A DNA stretch of 64,000 nucleotides from Thermoanaerobaculia bacterium (GTDB lineage: Bacteria > Acidobacteriota > Thermoanaerobaculia > Multivoradales > UBA5704), in assembly GCA_044226625.1 (NCBI GenBank), contig JBGAGQ010000012.1:54073-118072 (forward strand), read 5' to 3'. The position numbers were made by a program, and so were the translations under genes. This document shows positions 39,677 through 51,577 of the stretch, in pieces. The notes beneath the pieces are model-generated. The model ran no database searches. It worked only from the letters and a program-made list of their open reading frames with translations, and was not told the DNA's origin. Each line of letters begins with the position of its first letter. Position 1 is the first letter of the stretch.

Positions 39677-41719
39677 ATGAGCTATCCCGGCAATCCAGCG
39701 CTTGGCAGCGACGTTCAGCAGCGAATCGTCGCAACCTTCGAACAGACGCTCGATCTCGCGATCGCCGGCAACCGGCAGGAGGCTCTCCTCGGTTGCGACT
39801 TCGTGCTCCGGATGGATTCCCACTTCGAGCCGGCACGACGGCTTCAGGAGCGGATCAAAGCCAACCCGGGACCGCTGTCCCATGAGACGTTGGCGGATTT
39901 GATGCCCGCTCCGCAGGGCCCAGGGGACGACGATCTGGGATTCCTCCCCCATCTGGATGACCTCGGGGACGATTTGAGCGGCGACTTGGGCGGGCTGCAC
40001 GGCGCGGCTGCCGCTCCGGGCGGTTTGCGCCGAGAGCTTGAGCAGCTGTTCTCGGAGAGGCGGTTCGCCGAGCTGGTCCAGCGCGCCCATCAAGAGCACG
40101 CCGCGCTCGCCGCGGATCCGACCCTCGCCCAGCTCGCGATGAGCGCGCAGGAAAAGCTCGAATCGGCGCCCTACGTCACCAAGTTCCTCGCCGCGGCCCG
40201 CGCGGCCCTGGCGGCGGGCCAGGTCGACGAGGTCGAGCGCCATCTGGCTAAGGCTCGATCGCTCGACCCCGACAATCTGGAGCTGGACGAGATCTCCCGG
40301 GCGTTGCGGCCGGGGCCGTCGGCCGGATCGGCGCTCGGCGACGAGGCGTCGTTCTTCACCCTGGAGCCCTCGGCGCCGTCGGTCGCTCCCGCGGCCCCAC
40401 CGGCGCCGGCCCCCGCCCCGGTCTACGCCTCCGAAAGCGACCGGCGCATCGCCCAGCTGCTCGGCGAAGGGGACGCCGCGTTCGAAAGGGGCGATCCGCA
40501 GGCGGCGATCGACTCCTGGTCGCGCATCTTCCTGATCGACATCGACCACGAGGAGGCCGCCCGCCGCATCGAGCGGGCGCGGCGTCAGAAGGCGGAGAGC
40601 GAACGCCAGGTGGAAGAGATCTTCCACGACGGGCTCTCGGCCGGCGAGGCGGGCGATCTCGCCGCGGCGCGCAAGGCGTTCGAGCGGGTGCTCGAGCTCC
40701 AGCCGACCCACCTCGCGGCGCGCGAGCAACTCCAACTGCTCGACTCCGGCGCCCCCCCTTCGCCGCGCCCGATCTCTCTCGGCGACGACGTGCTCGAGCC
40801 GCTCCCCTCCGGCTTCGACGGTCCGCCGACCGCGGACCTCAAAGAGGAGATCTTGGTACCGCCCGAAGGGGCGGCCGCCCAACCGAGGAGAGAGCGGAAA
40901 GAGAAGGTCGTCGCCACGGAGGCGCCGGCCGCGGCGCCGCCCAACAAGCGGAAGTTCATGATGATCGGCGCGGGCGTCCTCGTCCTGGTCCTCGCCGCCG
41001 GCTGGCTGCTCTTCCAGAACTGGGAGCGTTGGTTCCCGAACTCGGAGAGCGAGGCGCCGGTTCAGGCGTCGTCGGCCGACTCGATCGCCCGCGCGAAGAA
41101 GCTGCAGGAACAGGGGAACACGGCGATCGCGGTCGCCCAGCTCAAGCGGATCCCTCCGAGCGATCCTCTCTACGCCAAGGCGCGCGAGCTGATCAAGCAA
41201 TGGGAAGCTCCGGCCGCGCCTCTCGAGGCCGCGGGCCCCACCCCGGAGCAAGCCGCCCTTCTCGAGCAGACCCTGGCCGCCGCCCGAGAGGCCTATACCT
41301 CGCGGGCGTACCTTCTCGCGGCGGAGAAATTCAAGCAGGGAGCGGAGATCGCTCCTCTCGAGGCGACGGACGCCGAGCTGTTCGAGGATGCCAAGCGCCA
41401 GCTGGTGCCCATCGCGAGCCAGCTCCAGCTGTTCCGCGACCATCAGTGGGACGTGCTCCTGCCCGACCTTTGGCGGATGCACGAGGCGACCCCGGGTCCG
41501 GACGTCGACCGCCTGCTGATCGACAGCTACTACAACCTCGGGATTCGCGAGCTGCAGCGGTCGAATCCGAAGGGAGCGGTCGAGAGCTTCCTCGAGGCGA
41601 AAAAGCTGGTCAAGGACGACCCGGAGCTCGAGCGCAACCTGGCGTTCGGCGAGACCTACCAGGCTCGGGACATCGACCTTCTGTATCGAATCTACGTCAA
41701 ATATCTGCGGCTCAGGTGA
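39677..41719 (+). CDS. Membrane-anchored TPR-repeat protein
   Basis: TPR-like helices on both sides of a single TM (FMMIGAGVLVLVLAAGWLLF). Confidence 0.8.
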   Translation: MSYPGNPALGSDVQQRIVATFEQTLDLAIAGNRQEALLGCDFVLRMDSHFEPARRLQERIKANPGPLSHETLADLMPAPQGPGDDDLGFLPHLDDLGDDLSGDLGGLHGAAAAPGGLRRELEQLFSERRFAELVQRAHQEHAALAADPTLAQLAMSAQEKLESAPYVTKFLAAARAALAAGQVDEVERHLAKARSLDPDNLELDEISRALRPGPSAGSALGDEASFFTLEPSAPSVAPAAPPAPAPAPVYASESDRRIAQLLGEGDAAFERGDPQAAIDSWSRIFLIDIDHEEAARRIERARRQKAESERQVEEIFHDGLSAGEAGDLAAARKAFERVLELQPTHLAAREQLQLLDSGAPPSPRPISLGDDVLEPLPSGFDGPPTADLKEEILVPPEGAAAQPRRERKEKVVATEAPAAAPPNKRKFMMIGAGVLVLVLAAGWLLFQNWERWFPNSESEAPVQASSADSIARAKKLQEQGNTAIAVAQLKRIPPSDPLYAKARELIKQWEAPAAPLEAAGPTPEQAALLEQTLAAAREAYTSRAYLLAAEKFKQGAEIAPLEATDAELFEDAKRQLVPIASQLQLFRDHQWDVLLPDLWRMHEATPGPDVDRLLIDSYYNLGIRELQRSNPKGAVESFLEAKKLVKDDPELERNLAFGETYQARDIDLLYRIYVKYLRLR

Positions 41720-42480
41720 TGGCTCGCTCCGGTCGAGGATCCAAGCTCCCTCCGGACGAGCCGGTTCTTTTCGACCTTCCCCTCGGCCTGCCCGAAGGGG
41801 ACGACGGGTCTGACGCGTCCGACGATTTCGTCGAAAGGGAGCCACCCCGGGCCGTCGCGAAATCGCGCGAGCGATCCGGGTCGAAAGGGGCATCCGCTTC
41901 GGTCAGGGCGAACGAGGCTCCCTCTCCCCAGGATTTCCTACCGCTCCCCGAGCCGGAACCGATCTACCCGAGAGCGGTTCCTCCTTTGCGCTCGCATCGC
42001 GCCGACGTGGAGGCGGACGAGATCCCGGTCGCCGCGGCGGTCCCGGATTCGGTCTTTCCCTCCGGCCGCGAGCGTTGGATCGCGGGTGCCGCGGATTTGC
42101 TCGTGCACGGAGCGGTCCTGGTGGTGGCGCTGATCGGCGTCCGAGTCCTGGGCGTTCACCCAGGGTTCGCCCATGCCCTGCCGCTCGCGCTCTTCCTCGC
42201 CTCGTTCTCTTTCCTCTACACGGTGATCCCGCTCGCGTTCTGGGGCCAGACCCTGGGCATGGGATGGATGCAGACCATCGCCCGCGACCGCGACGGCCAA
42301 GCGTTGACCTTCGACCAGACGGCCCGACGCTGGCTGGGTGGGGTCCTCGCGACCGCTTTGTTGGGAATTCCGGTCTGGATCGCGGTACGCGGCCGGTCCC
42401 TGAGCGACTGGATCAGCGGATCGATCACGCTGCGCGCCGGCAGCGATCTCGAGGTCGATCCGGACTACGGCGCGGCTTGA
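41719..42480 (+). CDS. RDD-family membrane protein
   Basis: ERWIAGAADL, GQTLGM, LSDWISGS; TGATG overlap. Confidence 0.82.
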   Translation: MARSGRGSKLPPDEPVLFDLPLGLPEGDDGSDASDDFVEREPPRAVAKSRERSGSKGASASVRANEAPSPQDFLPLPEPEPIYPRAVPPLRSHRADVEADEIPVAAAVPDSVFPSGRERWIAGAADLLVHGAVLVVALIGVRVLGVHPGFAHALPLALFLASFSFLYTVIPLAFWGQTLGMGWMQTIARDRDGQALTFDQTARRWLGGVLATALLGIPVWIAVRGRSLSDWISGSITLRAGSDLEVDPDYGAA

Positions 42481-43745
42481 GAAAGAGAGCTTAGCTCCAA
42501 CCGGGCAACCCGGACTCCGGGCTGCTCCCCCGCGTCGGTCCAGGCGATGAGCAGGTGCTCTCGATCTTCGAGGAGCATCCGGGGAAAACCGCTCGCGCGG
42601 CCGCCGTCGACTCGGGCGATCGGGACGTCGGGCCCGGCAGGTCCGTTGCGGGGCACTCGGCGGACGAGCACCGCGGCTCCGGTGGAATCGCCGGATGGCC
42701 TTCCGATCCGAGACACGATCGCGTCGCCCCCGGCGTCGAGGACCAGATCGAGGCGGCCGAGCGGGTTTTGCTCGTCGTCGCGGTCGATCCGCACCGGAGC
42801 GGAGAACGTCGCACCCGAATCGTCGGAGAAGGCGAGTTGCACCCGAGGCGTCGGGGCTCCCGTGAACCAGGCGACCGCCACCTTCCGTCCCTGGGCCGCG
42901 ACCGCGGGGCCGTTCACCGGACAGCCCTCGATGTGCCACCCGTCGGCATGGACGAGCGCCGGGGCGCTCCAGCCCCCGGGGGTCAGTCGACGGATCGCGA
43001 TGTCGCGGATCTCCTCCGGCGATCGATCGCGATAGACCACTACCGGACCGTCGGAGGTCATCGCGGAGTCCGTCTGGCAACAGTCGCAGACCCGGTCGTC
43101 GACGAGCTCTTCCTTCGCTTCGTTCGCCGATCCGCTCCGCACGTCGACGGAAGCGGTGCGGAGCGTCATCGGGCCGCCGGCCGGCATCTCTCGGCCGTCC
43201 AGCCAGAAGGCGCGCAGCGAATCGCCCTGCGAGAGCCAGGAGGCGAAGCCGTGTTCGGCGGCAGCCTCGTCGGCCGGCAGGCGGCCGAGGGGACGCCAGG
43301 TCGCCCCGGCGTCGTTCGAGCCGGCCAGGAAAATCGTGTAGGCGTATTTGTCGTCGCCGACCGCCGCGAGCCAGTGAGCGACCACGGAGGGGCCGGAGAC
43401 TCCGACTCCGGGGAAGTCCGCCCAGTTCGCGACGAGCCCCTCGCCTTCGGCCAGGGTGACCGGTGGGGACCAGGACGTGCCGCCGAGGCGCGCGAACCGC
43501 AAGCGCCATTTCGAGGCTCGACCGTTGGCGTCCAGGATGGCGCCGGCGGGCTCGAGCCAGGTGAGCGCCGGAGATCCCCCGACGATCGCGAGGCTCGGTC
43601 CCATGGCGCCCGCGGCGGAGGGCGGGTCGATCTTCTGAAGGGGAAGAACGGCCGCCGGTCGACCGGCCTCGCGGCAGCCGGCCAGGAGGCTCGCGCCCAG
43701 CGCCGCCGTGATCACCGCGGCGTGGTGGAGGAGGGAGCGTTTCAT
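42465..43745 (-). CDS. BNR/sialidase-fold lipoprotein
   Basis: Lipobox LLAGC; Asp-boxes SNDAGATW and SDDSGATF; NWADFP, CDCC, GCPVNGP. Confidence 0.85.
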   Translation of the reverse strand: MKRSLLHHAAVITAALGASLLAGCREAGRPAAVLPLQKIDPPSAAGAMGPSLAIVGGSPALTWLEPAGAILDANGRASKWRLRFARLGGTSWSPPVTLAEGEGLVANWADFPGVGVSGPSVVAHWLAAVGDDKYAYTIFLAGSNDAGATWRPLGRLPADEAAAEHGFASWLSQGDSLRAFWLDGREMPAGGPMTLRTASVDVRSGSANEAKEELVDDRVCDCCQTDSAMTSDGPVVVYRDRSPEEIRDIAIRRLTPGGWSAPALVHADGWHIEGCPVNGPAVAAQGRKVAVAWFTGAPTPRVQLAFSDDSGATFSAPVRIDRDDEQNPLGRLDLVLDAGGDAIVSRIGRPSGDSTGAAVLVRRVPRNGPAGPDVPIARVDGGRASGFPRMLLEDREHLLIAWTDAGEQPGVRVARLELSSLSQAAP

Positions 43746-44479
43746 CGCGGCCGGACGGGCTTGGACGCTTTGAGCTCCAACCGAACGTCGGCCAGGTTCC
43801 GGGAGATCGTGATCGCGAGCGGCCTGGCGGAGGCATCGGTCGAAAGCCAAAGCTCCAATCGCCCCTTCCAACGGCGCTCGCCGTCGACCTCCGCGCCGCG
43901 AATGACGAAGTGGCGGGCGATCACCTGGCGGCCGGAGATCGAGCGCTGCTCGACCCCTTGCGGGACGATCTCGACCGGGTAGGTCTTGCCGTCCGACCAG
44001 ATCTCGATGCGTCGCGTCGCGCGCGGCGGATCGCGCCGGATCGAATAGATGCCGGCCGCGATGTCGAGGACGCCGGCGCGGTCGACCGACTCGTCTTTCG
44101 ATTTCGTCTCGCCGCGCCAGTGGTAGGAGCTCCAGGCCCGCACCGGTTTGAGGGTCTCGGCGTCGACCTCCGAGCCGTACCGGAAATAATCCCCACGTTG
44201 GCTGTCCGGCGAGGTGATCGTCAGCTCGGAGCGGAGGGTGCCGTTCGGTTGGGTTTTGAAAACCAGCGAACCGTCGCCTTGGCCGGGGAGGAAGACGGCC
44301 GCGATCCGCCCGACGAAATTGCGCAGCTCCCAGTGATAGCTGAACTCTTCGTCGACCGGCCGGACTTGAGCGGCGCCCCCTTCGAGCGACAGGCACAGCA
44401 GCAGCGCGAGAAGAGCACCTACCCGGAAACGGGTAGGGCCGCGAGAAGAGGTCGAGGTGCTCGTATTCTTGGTCTTCAA
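43742..44479 (-). CDS. Secreted DUF3108-like protein
   Basis: Signal peptide; DGKTY and LELWLSTD motifs; overlaps both neighbours. Confidence 0.7.
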   Translation of the reverse strand: MKTKNTSTSTSSRGPTRFRVGALLALLLCLSLEGGAAQVRPVDEEFSYHWELRNFVGRIAAVFLPGQGDGSLVFKTQPNGTLRSELTITSPDSQRGDYFRYGSEVDAETLKPVRAWSSYHWRGETKSKDESVDRAGVLDIAAGIYSIRRDPPRATRRIEIWSDGKTYPVEIVPQGVEQRSISGRQVIARHFVIRGAEVDGERRWKGRLELWLSTDASARPLAITISRNLADVRLELKASKPVRPR

Positions 44480-44844
44480 AACATCCCCAGCTGTAAGCGG
44501 GCCGCCTCGGACATTCGAGACGGATCCCATGCGGGTTCCCAGACCAGCTCGACGTCGGCCTCGGTGACTCCGGGGACGCCCGCGACTTTGGCTTGGATCT
44601 CGCCGGGGAGCGTTCCCGCGACCGGGCAGGCCGGGGCGGTCAAGGTCATCTGGATGTGTACGCGTCCGGAGGGGTCGACGTCGAGATCGTAGATGAGACC
44701 GAGCTCGTAGATGTTGACCGGAATCTCCGGGTCGTACACCGTCTGCAGCACCTCGATGACCGCATTTTCGAGCGCCGCTTCCGACTTGGCCCCGCTGTCG
44801 GCCGGCGGTGCCGGAGCGGTCAGGGCCTCAGGATTCTCGATCAT
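44476..44844 (-). CDS. sufT: SUF Fe-S assembly protein (DUF59/SufT)
   Basis: VYDPEIPVNIYELGLIY, MTLTAPACPVA, LVWEPAW. Confidence 0.93.
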   Translation of the reverse strand: MIENPEALTAPAPPADSGAKSEAALENAVIEVLQTVYDPEIPVNIYELGLIYDLDVDPSGRVHIQMTLTAPACPVAGTLPGEIQAKVAGVPGVTEADVELVWEPAWDPSRMSEAARLQLGMF

Positions 44845-44845
44845 G

Positions 44846-45307
44846 TCACTCCGTCCTCACCGGCGTCTCGTCGCCCGACAGGGCGGCTTCGAGCGCTCGC
44901 CAGGCGAGCGTCGCGCACTTGACCCGCATCGGGAACTCCTTGACGCCGGCAAACGCTTCGAGCTTGCCCAGCTCGATACCGGGCTCGGCCGACGCCGCGG
45001 TCGAACCGGTGGTTTGAGCGAGAAAAGCGCCGATCAGCCGTTTGACCTCGGGGAGGTTCTTTCCCGCGACGGCCTCGGTCAGCATCGAGGCCGAGGCGAC
45101 CGAGATCGCGCAGCCGGAGCCCTCGAACGCGGCCTCCCGGATCCGTTCGCCCTCCACGTCGAGGGCCAGCGAAACCCGGTCTCCGCACAGCGGGTTGTGT
45201 CCTTCGGCGCGGCGGTTGGCGTTCGGAAGCGCATGGTGGTTCCGAGGATTCCGGGTGTGGTCCAGAATCAGCTCTTGGTAGAGGTCGCGCAATCCGTCCG
45301 AGGTCAT
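44846..45307 (-). CDS. sufU: SUF NifU-family scaffold / sulfur-transfer protein
   Basis: LYQELILDH, NPLCGD, GCAISVASAS, RVKCATL. Confidence 0.95.
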   Translation of the reverse strand: MTSDGLRDLYQELILDHTRNPRNHHALPNANRRAEGHNPLCGDRVSLALDVEGERIREAAFEGSGCAISVASASMLTEAVAGKNLPEVKRLIGAFLAQTTGSTAASAEPGIELGKLEAFAGVKEFPMRVKCATLAWRALEAALSGDETPVRTE

Positions 45308-46581
45308 CGCGAAAAAACCTCCCGTACCCGATCCAGGGCGGTCACGAGCGCGTCGACCTCCTCTTTCGTGTTGTAGAGCGCGAACGAGGCTCGCACGGCG
45401 GCGGCGATGCCCAGGCGCGCCATCAAGGGTTGGGCGCAGAGATGCCCCACGCGTACCGCCACACCTTCCATGTCGAGGACGGTGCCGACGTCGTGAGGGT
45501 GGACGCCGGGCATCACGAACGAGATCGCCGAGGCCCGCTCGTGCGGCTCTCCGAGCAAGCGAAGCCCGGGAACGGTCGCGAGCCGCTCGAGCGCGTAGGC
45601 GACGAGCGCTCCCTCCCAATCCGCCACCCCTTTGCGTCCGGTGGCCGAAAGGAAGTCGAGGGCCGCCGCCAGGCCCAGCACCCCTTCGAGATTCTGCGTG
45701 CCCGGCTCGAACCGGGCGGGGGGATCGACATACTCCGCCTCGTCGAGGGTCACCCGGGTGACGATGCCGCCGCCGGTCTGCCAAGGCGGCATGGCGGCCA
45801 GGACGTCTCGTCGCGCCCACAGCACGCCGACACCGCTCGGCCCATAGGCTTTGTGGCCCGAGAAGGCGAAGAAGTCGCAACCCAGTTTCGAGAGGTCGAG
45901 CTCGGCGTGCGGGGCGGATTGCGCGCCGTCGACCAGGAGCAGGGCTCCCTGGGCGTGGGCTCGCACCGCCATCTCTCGCACCGGCAGGACCGAGCCGAGC
46001 ACGTTCGAGACGTGCGCGACCGCCGCGAGCCGGGTGCGGGACGAAAGCCGTTCGGCGAAGGCTTCGAGCGTCACGTCGCCCCGCTCGTCGATCGGGACGA
46101 CCACCAACCTGGCGCCCCTTTCGGCGCACAGTCGCTGCCAGGGGATCAGGTTGGCGTGGTGCTCGAGCTCGGTGACGAGGATCTCATCGCCGGGGCCGAC
46201 GTTCGCTCGGCCCCAACTTCCCGCGACGAGGTTGATGGCCTCGGTCGTACCGCGCGTGAAGACGATCTCGTCGCTGCTTTCGGCACCCAGAAACGTCGCA
46301 ACCGTCCGGCGAGCCTGCTCGAAGGCTCCCGTCGCCTTCTCCGCGAGCGTATGCACACCGCGCGAGACGTTGGCGTACGTGTGTCGGTAGCAGTCGGCGA
46401 CCGTGGCGATCACCCGTTCGGGCTTCTGGGTCGTCGCCGCGTTGTCGAGATAGACGAGCGGTCGGCCGTGAACGCGCTCCGAAAGGATCGGAAACTCGGC
46501 GCGGATCGCGTCGAGATCGTAGGCCGGCCGGCCCGGAATCTCACCGGTCGTCGGTCTTTCGAGATCGAGGCTTACGCTCAT
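45304..46581 (-). CDS. sufS: Cysteine desulfurase
   Basis: YLDNAATTQKP, EHHAN, DGAQ, FSGHK, RVGHLCAQP. Confidence 0.95.
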   Translation of the reverse strand: MSVSLDLERPTTGEIPGRPAYDLDAIRAEFPILSERVHGRPLVYLDNAATTQKPERVIATVADCYRHTYANVSRGVHTLAEKATGAFEQARRTVATFLGAESSDEIVFTRGTTEAINLVAGSWGRANVGPGDEILVTELEHHANLIPWQRLCAERGARLVVVPIDERGDVTLEAFAERLSSRTRLAAVAHVSNVLGSVLPVREMAVRAHAQGALLLVDGAQSAPHAELDLSKLGCDFFAFSGHKAYGPSGVGVLWARRDVLAAMPPWQTGGGIVTRVTLDEAEYVDPPARFEPGTQNLEGVLGLAAALDFLSATGRKGVADWEGALVAYALERLATVPGLRLLGEPHERASAISFVMPGVHPHDVGTVLDMEGVAVRVGHLCAQPLMARLGIAAAVRASFALYNTKEEVDALVTALDRVREVFSR

Positions 46582-47652
46582 CGCGATCAAACCGCCTGCC
46601 GGACGACCTCGCCGCCGGGAAGGCGGGAGAAGAGAAATTCCTCGAGATCGCGGCGGACCGGCTCGACCGGAATCCGTTCGACGAGCTCGCTGGCGAAGGC
46701 ATAGGTGAGGAGACTTCGCGCCGCCTCGAGCCCGATGCCGCGTGAGCGAAGGTAAAAAACCGCGTCCTCGTCCAGCTGGCCTACGGTCGAGCCGTGGGTG
46801 CATTTGACGTCGTCGGCGTAGATCTCGAGCTGGGGGTTCGAGTTGGCGATCGCGTCCTCGGACAGTAGGAGGTTGCGGTTCGACTGCTTCGCGTCGGTCT
46901 TTTGCGCCCCGGGGTGGACGTGGACCGACGTTCGCTCGGCCCCAACTTCCCGCGACGAGGTTGATGGCCTCGGTCGTACCGCGCGTGAAGACGATCTCGT
47001 CGCTGCTTTCGGCACCCAGAAACGTCGCAACCGTCCGGCGAGCCTGCTCGAAGGCTCCCGTCGCCTTCTCCGCGAGCGTATGCACACCGCGCGAGACGTT
47101 GGCGTACGTGTGTCGGTAGCAGTCGGCGACCGTGGCGATCACCCGTTCGGGCTTCTGGGTCGTCGCCGCGTTGTCGAGATAGACGAGCGGTCGGCCGTGA
47201 ACGCGCTCCGAAAGGATCGGAAACTCGGCGCGGATCGCGTCGAGATCGTAGGCCGGCCGGCCCGGAATCTCACCGGTCGTCGGTCTTTCGAGATCGAGGC
47301 TTACGCTCATCGCGTCAAACCGCCTGCCGGACGACCTCGCCGCCGGGAAGGCGGGAGAAGAGAAATTCCTCGAGATCGCGGCGGACCGGCTCGACCGGAA
47401 TCCGTTCGACGAGCTCGCTGGCGAAGGCATAGGTGAGGAGACTTCGCGCCGCCTCGAGCCCGATGCCGCGTGAGCGAAGGTAAAAAACCGCGTCCTCGTC
47501 CAGCTGGCCTACGGTCGAGCCGTGGGTGCATTTGACGTCGTCGGCGTAGATCTCGAGCTGGGGGTTCGAGTTGGCGATCGCGTCCTCGGACAGTAGGAGG
47601 TTGCGGTTCGACTGCTTCGCGTCGGTCTTTTGCGCCCCGGGGTGGACGTGGA
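46196..47652. repeat. Near-exact tandem duplication (729/728 bp) of the sufD 3' end + sufS 5' end
   Basis: 46196-46924 vs 46925-47652; the only difference I noticed is one extra base (CGCGATCAAACC vs CGCGTCAAACC). Confidence 0.93.
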
Positions 47653-48697
47653 TCAAACCGTTGAAGACGGTGCGGGCGCGGCCGTCCAGCACCCCCTTGT
47701 AGAGCTCGTGGCTCTCGCAATGGGGGGCGGCATGGTCGACTTTCATGTGGTTGTCGACGAGCTGCTGCCCATCCGCCAGATAGAGACCGTTGAGCACGCA
47801 ATCGGCGCCTTCTCCGCCGAGGTGGGCGAAGAGGTCGTTGCGGACGATGGCGCCCCCGAGCGAGATCGAATGGGAGGCGACCCGGCTTGCGCGCTCCTGC
47901 CGGAGCGCGAACGTCGCGACGTGAAAACCCTGGCGCGATTCGCGCTGCAGCTTCACGTGGCGAAGGTTCGAATGGTCGTGCGCCACGATCTCGGTCATCG
48001 GAACCGTGAGCGACTCGTCGACCCCGCCTCCTGCCCAGCCGTAGGTCTCGACGACCGTGGCCTGGGCATTCTCGCCGAGGACGATGAGGTTCCGAGGAAA
48101 GGACATCGTTCCACCGCTCGCCAGGAACACCAGATGGATCGGCCCTTCGATCCGAAGAGACCGCGGCAAAAGGACGCAGGCGCCGTCCTCGAACAGCGCC
48201 GCGTTGAGCGCGGCGAAGCCGTGCGTCCATCGGCCGCCGCCGGGATCTCCTCCGAAGTGCTCGGCAATCTCGGCGTGTCCGGTCTCGATCGCTTCGCTCA
48301 GGCGTCCCACGAAAGCTTGGGCCGGAAGCTCGCCCACGAAGGAGTGCCCGGGAGCGAATCGGCCATCGACGAAGACGAGGCGGGCGGCGGCTCCCGGCCA
48401 GAGGTAGGGAGCGAGAGCGTCGAGACCGATCGTCGGGGGCGTGGACGCCTCGGCCGCCGGTCGGAACGTCGCTCGTACGATCGGCGAAACGTTGGTGAAG
48501 CGCCACTCCTCATCCCGCGAGCTGGGAAACCCGACCGCCGCGAAGCGCTCAATACCCCGCCGCCGGAGATCGGCGATCGAGGCCGGCTCGTTCGACCGGC
48601 CCGGCTCGCGGCGCGCGAACTCCTCGAGGTAGGGTCGGGTCGGAGCCGAGAGAGTGCGTTCGGTTTCGATCAGCGTCGTGCTCATCGTCCGGCTCAA
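47315..48697 (-). CDS. sufD: Fe-S assembly protein SufD
   Basis: EEWRFT, VFNGLIHV, PQLEIYADDVKCTHG, FYLRSRGI. Confidence 0.95.
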   Translation of the reverse strand: MSRTMSTTLIETERTLSAPTRPYLEEFARREPGRSNEPASIADLRRRGIERFAAVGFPSSRDEEWRFTNVSPIVRATFRPAAEASTPPTIGLDALAPYLWPGAAARLVFVDGRFAPGHSFVGELPAQAFVGRLSEAIETGHAEIAEHFGGDPGGGRWTHGFAALNAALFEDGACVLLPRSLRIEGPIHLVFLASGGTMSFPRNLIVLGENAQATVVETYGWAGGGVDESLTVPMTEIVAHDHSNLRHVKLQRESRQGFHVATFALRQERASRVASHSISLGGAIVRNDLFAHLGGEGADCVLNGLYLADGQQLVDNHMKVDHAAPHCESHELYKGVLDGRARTVFNGLIHVHPGAQKTDAKQSNRNLLLSEDAIANSNPQLEIYADDVKCTHGSTVGQLDEDAVFYLRSRGIGLEAARSLLTYAFASELVERIPVEPVRRDLEEFLFSRLPGGEVVRQAV

Positions 48698-49461
48698 GCG
48701 CTCACCGGGTGGGCGAGCGCCTCCTGTTCGATCCAGCCGTACCCCTTGGCCTCGAGCTCGAGAGCGAGCTCCTTGCCGCCGCTCATGACGATCCGTCCGT
48801 CGACCAGGACGTGGACCCGGTCCGGGACGATGTACTCGAGCAGGCGCTGGTAATGAGTGATGAGAAGGAACGAGCGCTCGGGGCTGCGCAACAGATTGAC
48901 GCCCTCGGAGACGATCCGTAGCGCGTCGATGTCGAGGCCGGAGTCGGTTTCGTCGAGCACCGCGAACCTCGGCTCGAGCACCGCCATGTGGAAGATCTCG
49001 TTGCGCTTCTTCTCGCCTCCGGAGAAGCCTTCGTTGACCGGTCGATGGAGCAGGCCGTCTTCCATCTGGACCAGTTTCATCTTCTCCCGGACCAGCTTCA
49101 GGAAGTCGACCGCGTCGATCTCCGTCAGGCCCCGGTGCTTGCGCATCGCGTTCAGCGCGGCCTTCAAGAAGTAGGTGTTCGAGACGCCCGGAATCTCGAC
49201 CGGATATTGGAACGCCATGAACACGCCTTCGCGCGCCCGGATCTCCGGGTCCATGTCCAGGAGGTTCTGACCGTCGAGCAGCACCTCGCCTTCGGTCACT
49301 TCGTACGCCTCATGGCCGGCGAGGACTCGGGCCAGGGTGCTCTTGCCCGATCCGTTCGGTCCCATGATCGCGTGGACTTCGCCCGGGCCGATCGTCAGGT
49401 CTACGCCGTGGAGGATCTCGACTCCGCCGACCGCGGCGTGCAAGTTCTTGATCTGGATCAT
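48694..49461 (-). CDS. sufC: Fe-S assembly ATPase SufC
   Basis: GPNGSGKST, FSGGEKKRNE, LDETDSGLD, ITHYQR. Confidence 0.97.
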   Translation of the reverse strand: MIQIKNLHAAVGGVEILHGVDLTIGPGEVHAIMGPNGSGKSTLARVLAGHEAYEVTEGEVLLDGQNLLDMDPEIRAREGVFMAFQYPVEIPGVSNTYFLKAALNAMRKHRGLTEIDAVDFLKLVREKMKLVQMEDGLLHRPVNEGFSGGEKKRNEIFHMAVLEPRFAVLDETDSGLDIDALRIVSEGVNLLRSPERSFLLITHYQRLLEYIVPDRVHVLVDGRIVMSGGKELALELEAKGYGWIEQEALAHPVSA

Positions 49462-49480
49462 TCGCTTCCTTCGGCTCGGT

Positions 49481-50926
<1,446 letters not shown>

Positions 50927-50960
50927 GGGATTCTCGTTCGTCTGCCCAGAAGGGCGATGC

Positions 50961-51425
50961 TCAAGCGGCCGGAGCGTTCAAGGTGCCGCGGCCCAGCTGG
51001 ACCAAGCGGCCGGGCTCGGGTCTCGCCGCGGGGGCCATCTCGGCGAGCGATATTCGGTCGAGAGCTTCCTTGAGCGCCCGATTGATGCGTTGCCAGTTGC
51101 TGCGCGTCGGGCAGATCCGCTCGTGGGAGCACTCGCCCGACAGGTCGATGCATTCGGTGATCGCGATCGGCCCCTCGAGCGCCGCGATGACACGAGTCAT
51201 CGTGATGTCGCCGGCCGGTTCCGCCAAGCCGTAGCCTCCCCGCACACCGCGATGGGAGGCCAGCAGCCTTTCGCGGGTGAGGAGCTTCAGGGTTTTGCTC
51301 ACCATCGGTAGGGGCAGGCCCGTTTCCGCCGCGAGCTCCGGGGCGTTGAACGTCCGCTCCGGGTGCGCCGCGAGATGCGTCAGGAGGACGATCCCGTAGT
51401 CGGTTTGTTTGGTGATTCGGATCAT
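50961..51425 (-). CDS. Rrf2-family SUF system regulator
   Basis: [24 protein letters not shown] cluster; first gene of the suf operon. Confidence 0.92.
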   Translation of the reverse strand: MIRITKQTDYGIVLLTHLAAHPERTFNAPELAAETGLPLPMVSKTLKLLTRERLLASHRGVRGGYGLAEPAGDITMTRVIAALEGPIAITECIDLSGECSHERICPTRSNWQRINRALKEALDRISLAEMAPAARPEPGRLVQLGRGTLNAPAA

Positions 51426-51533
51426 GTGGCTTCTCGGTGCCCGGCCCAGTGGTTTAAACAGGACCTAATCGGTACCAATTCCAAGTGTACCCTGTTCGGC
51501 CCCGAGAAGCGAGGCAGGGCCACCCGTCCGGAT

Positions 51534-51562
51534 TTGACCCGAGTCGGGAGTTCGGCTACTCT
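51534..51562 (+). promoter_or_regulatory. Sigma70 promoter for tRNA-Gln
   Basis: TTGACC-17 nt-TACTCT, 15 nt before the tRNA. Confidence 0.65.
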
Positions 51563-51577
51563 CACGTGCCGTCCTGC

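Noticed and set aside
45304-47430. 708-aa novel SufS fusion protein
   Set aside because: Fully explained by the tandem duplication; not treated as a real gene.
51456-51480. Rrf2 operator upstream of suf
   Set aside because: The inverted repeat is too imperfect (about 5/9) to support from sequence alone.
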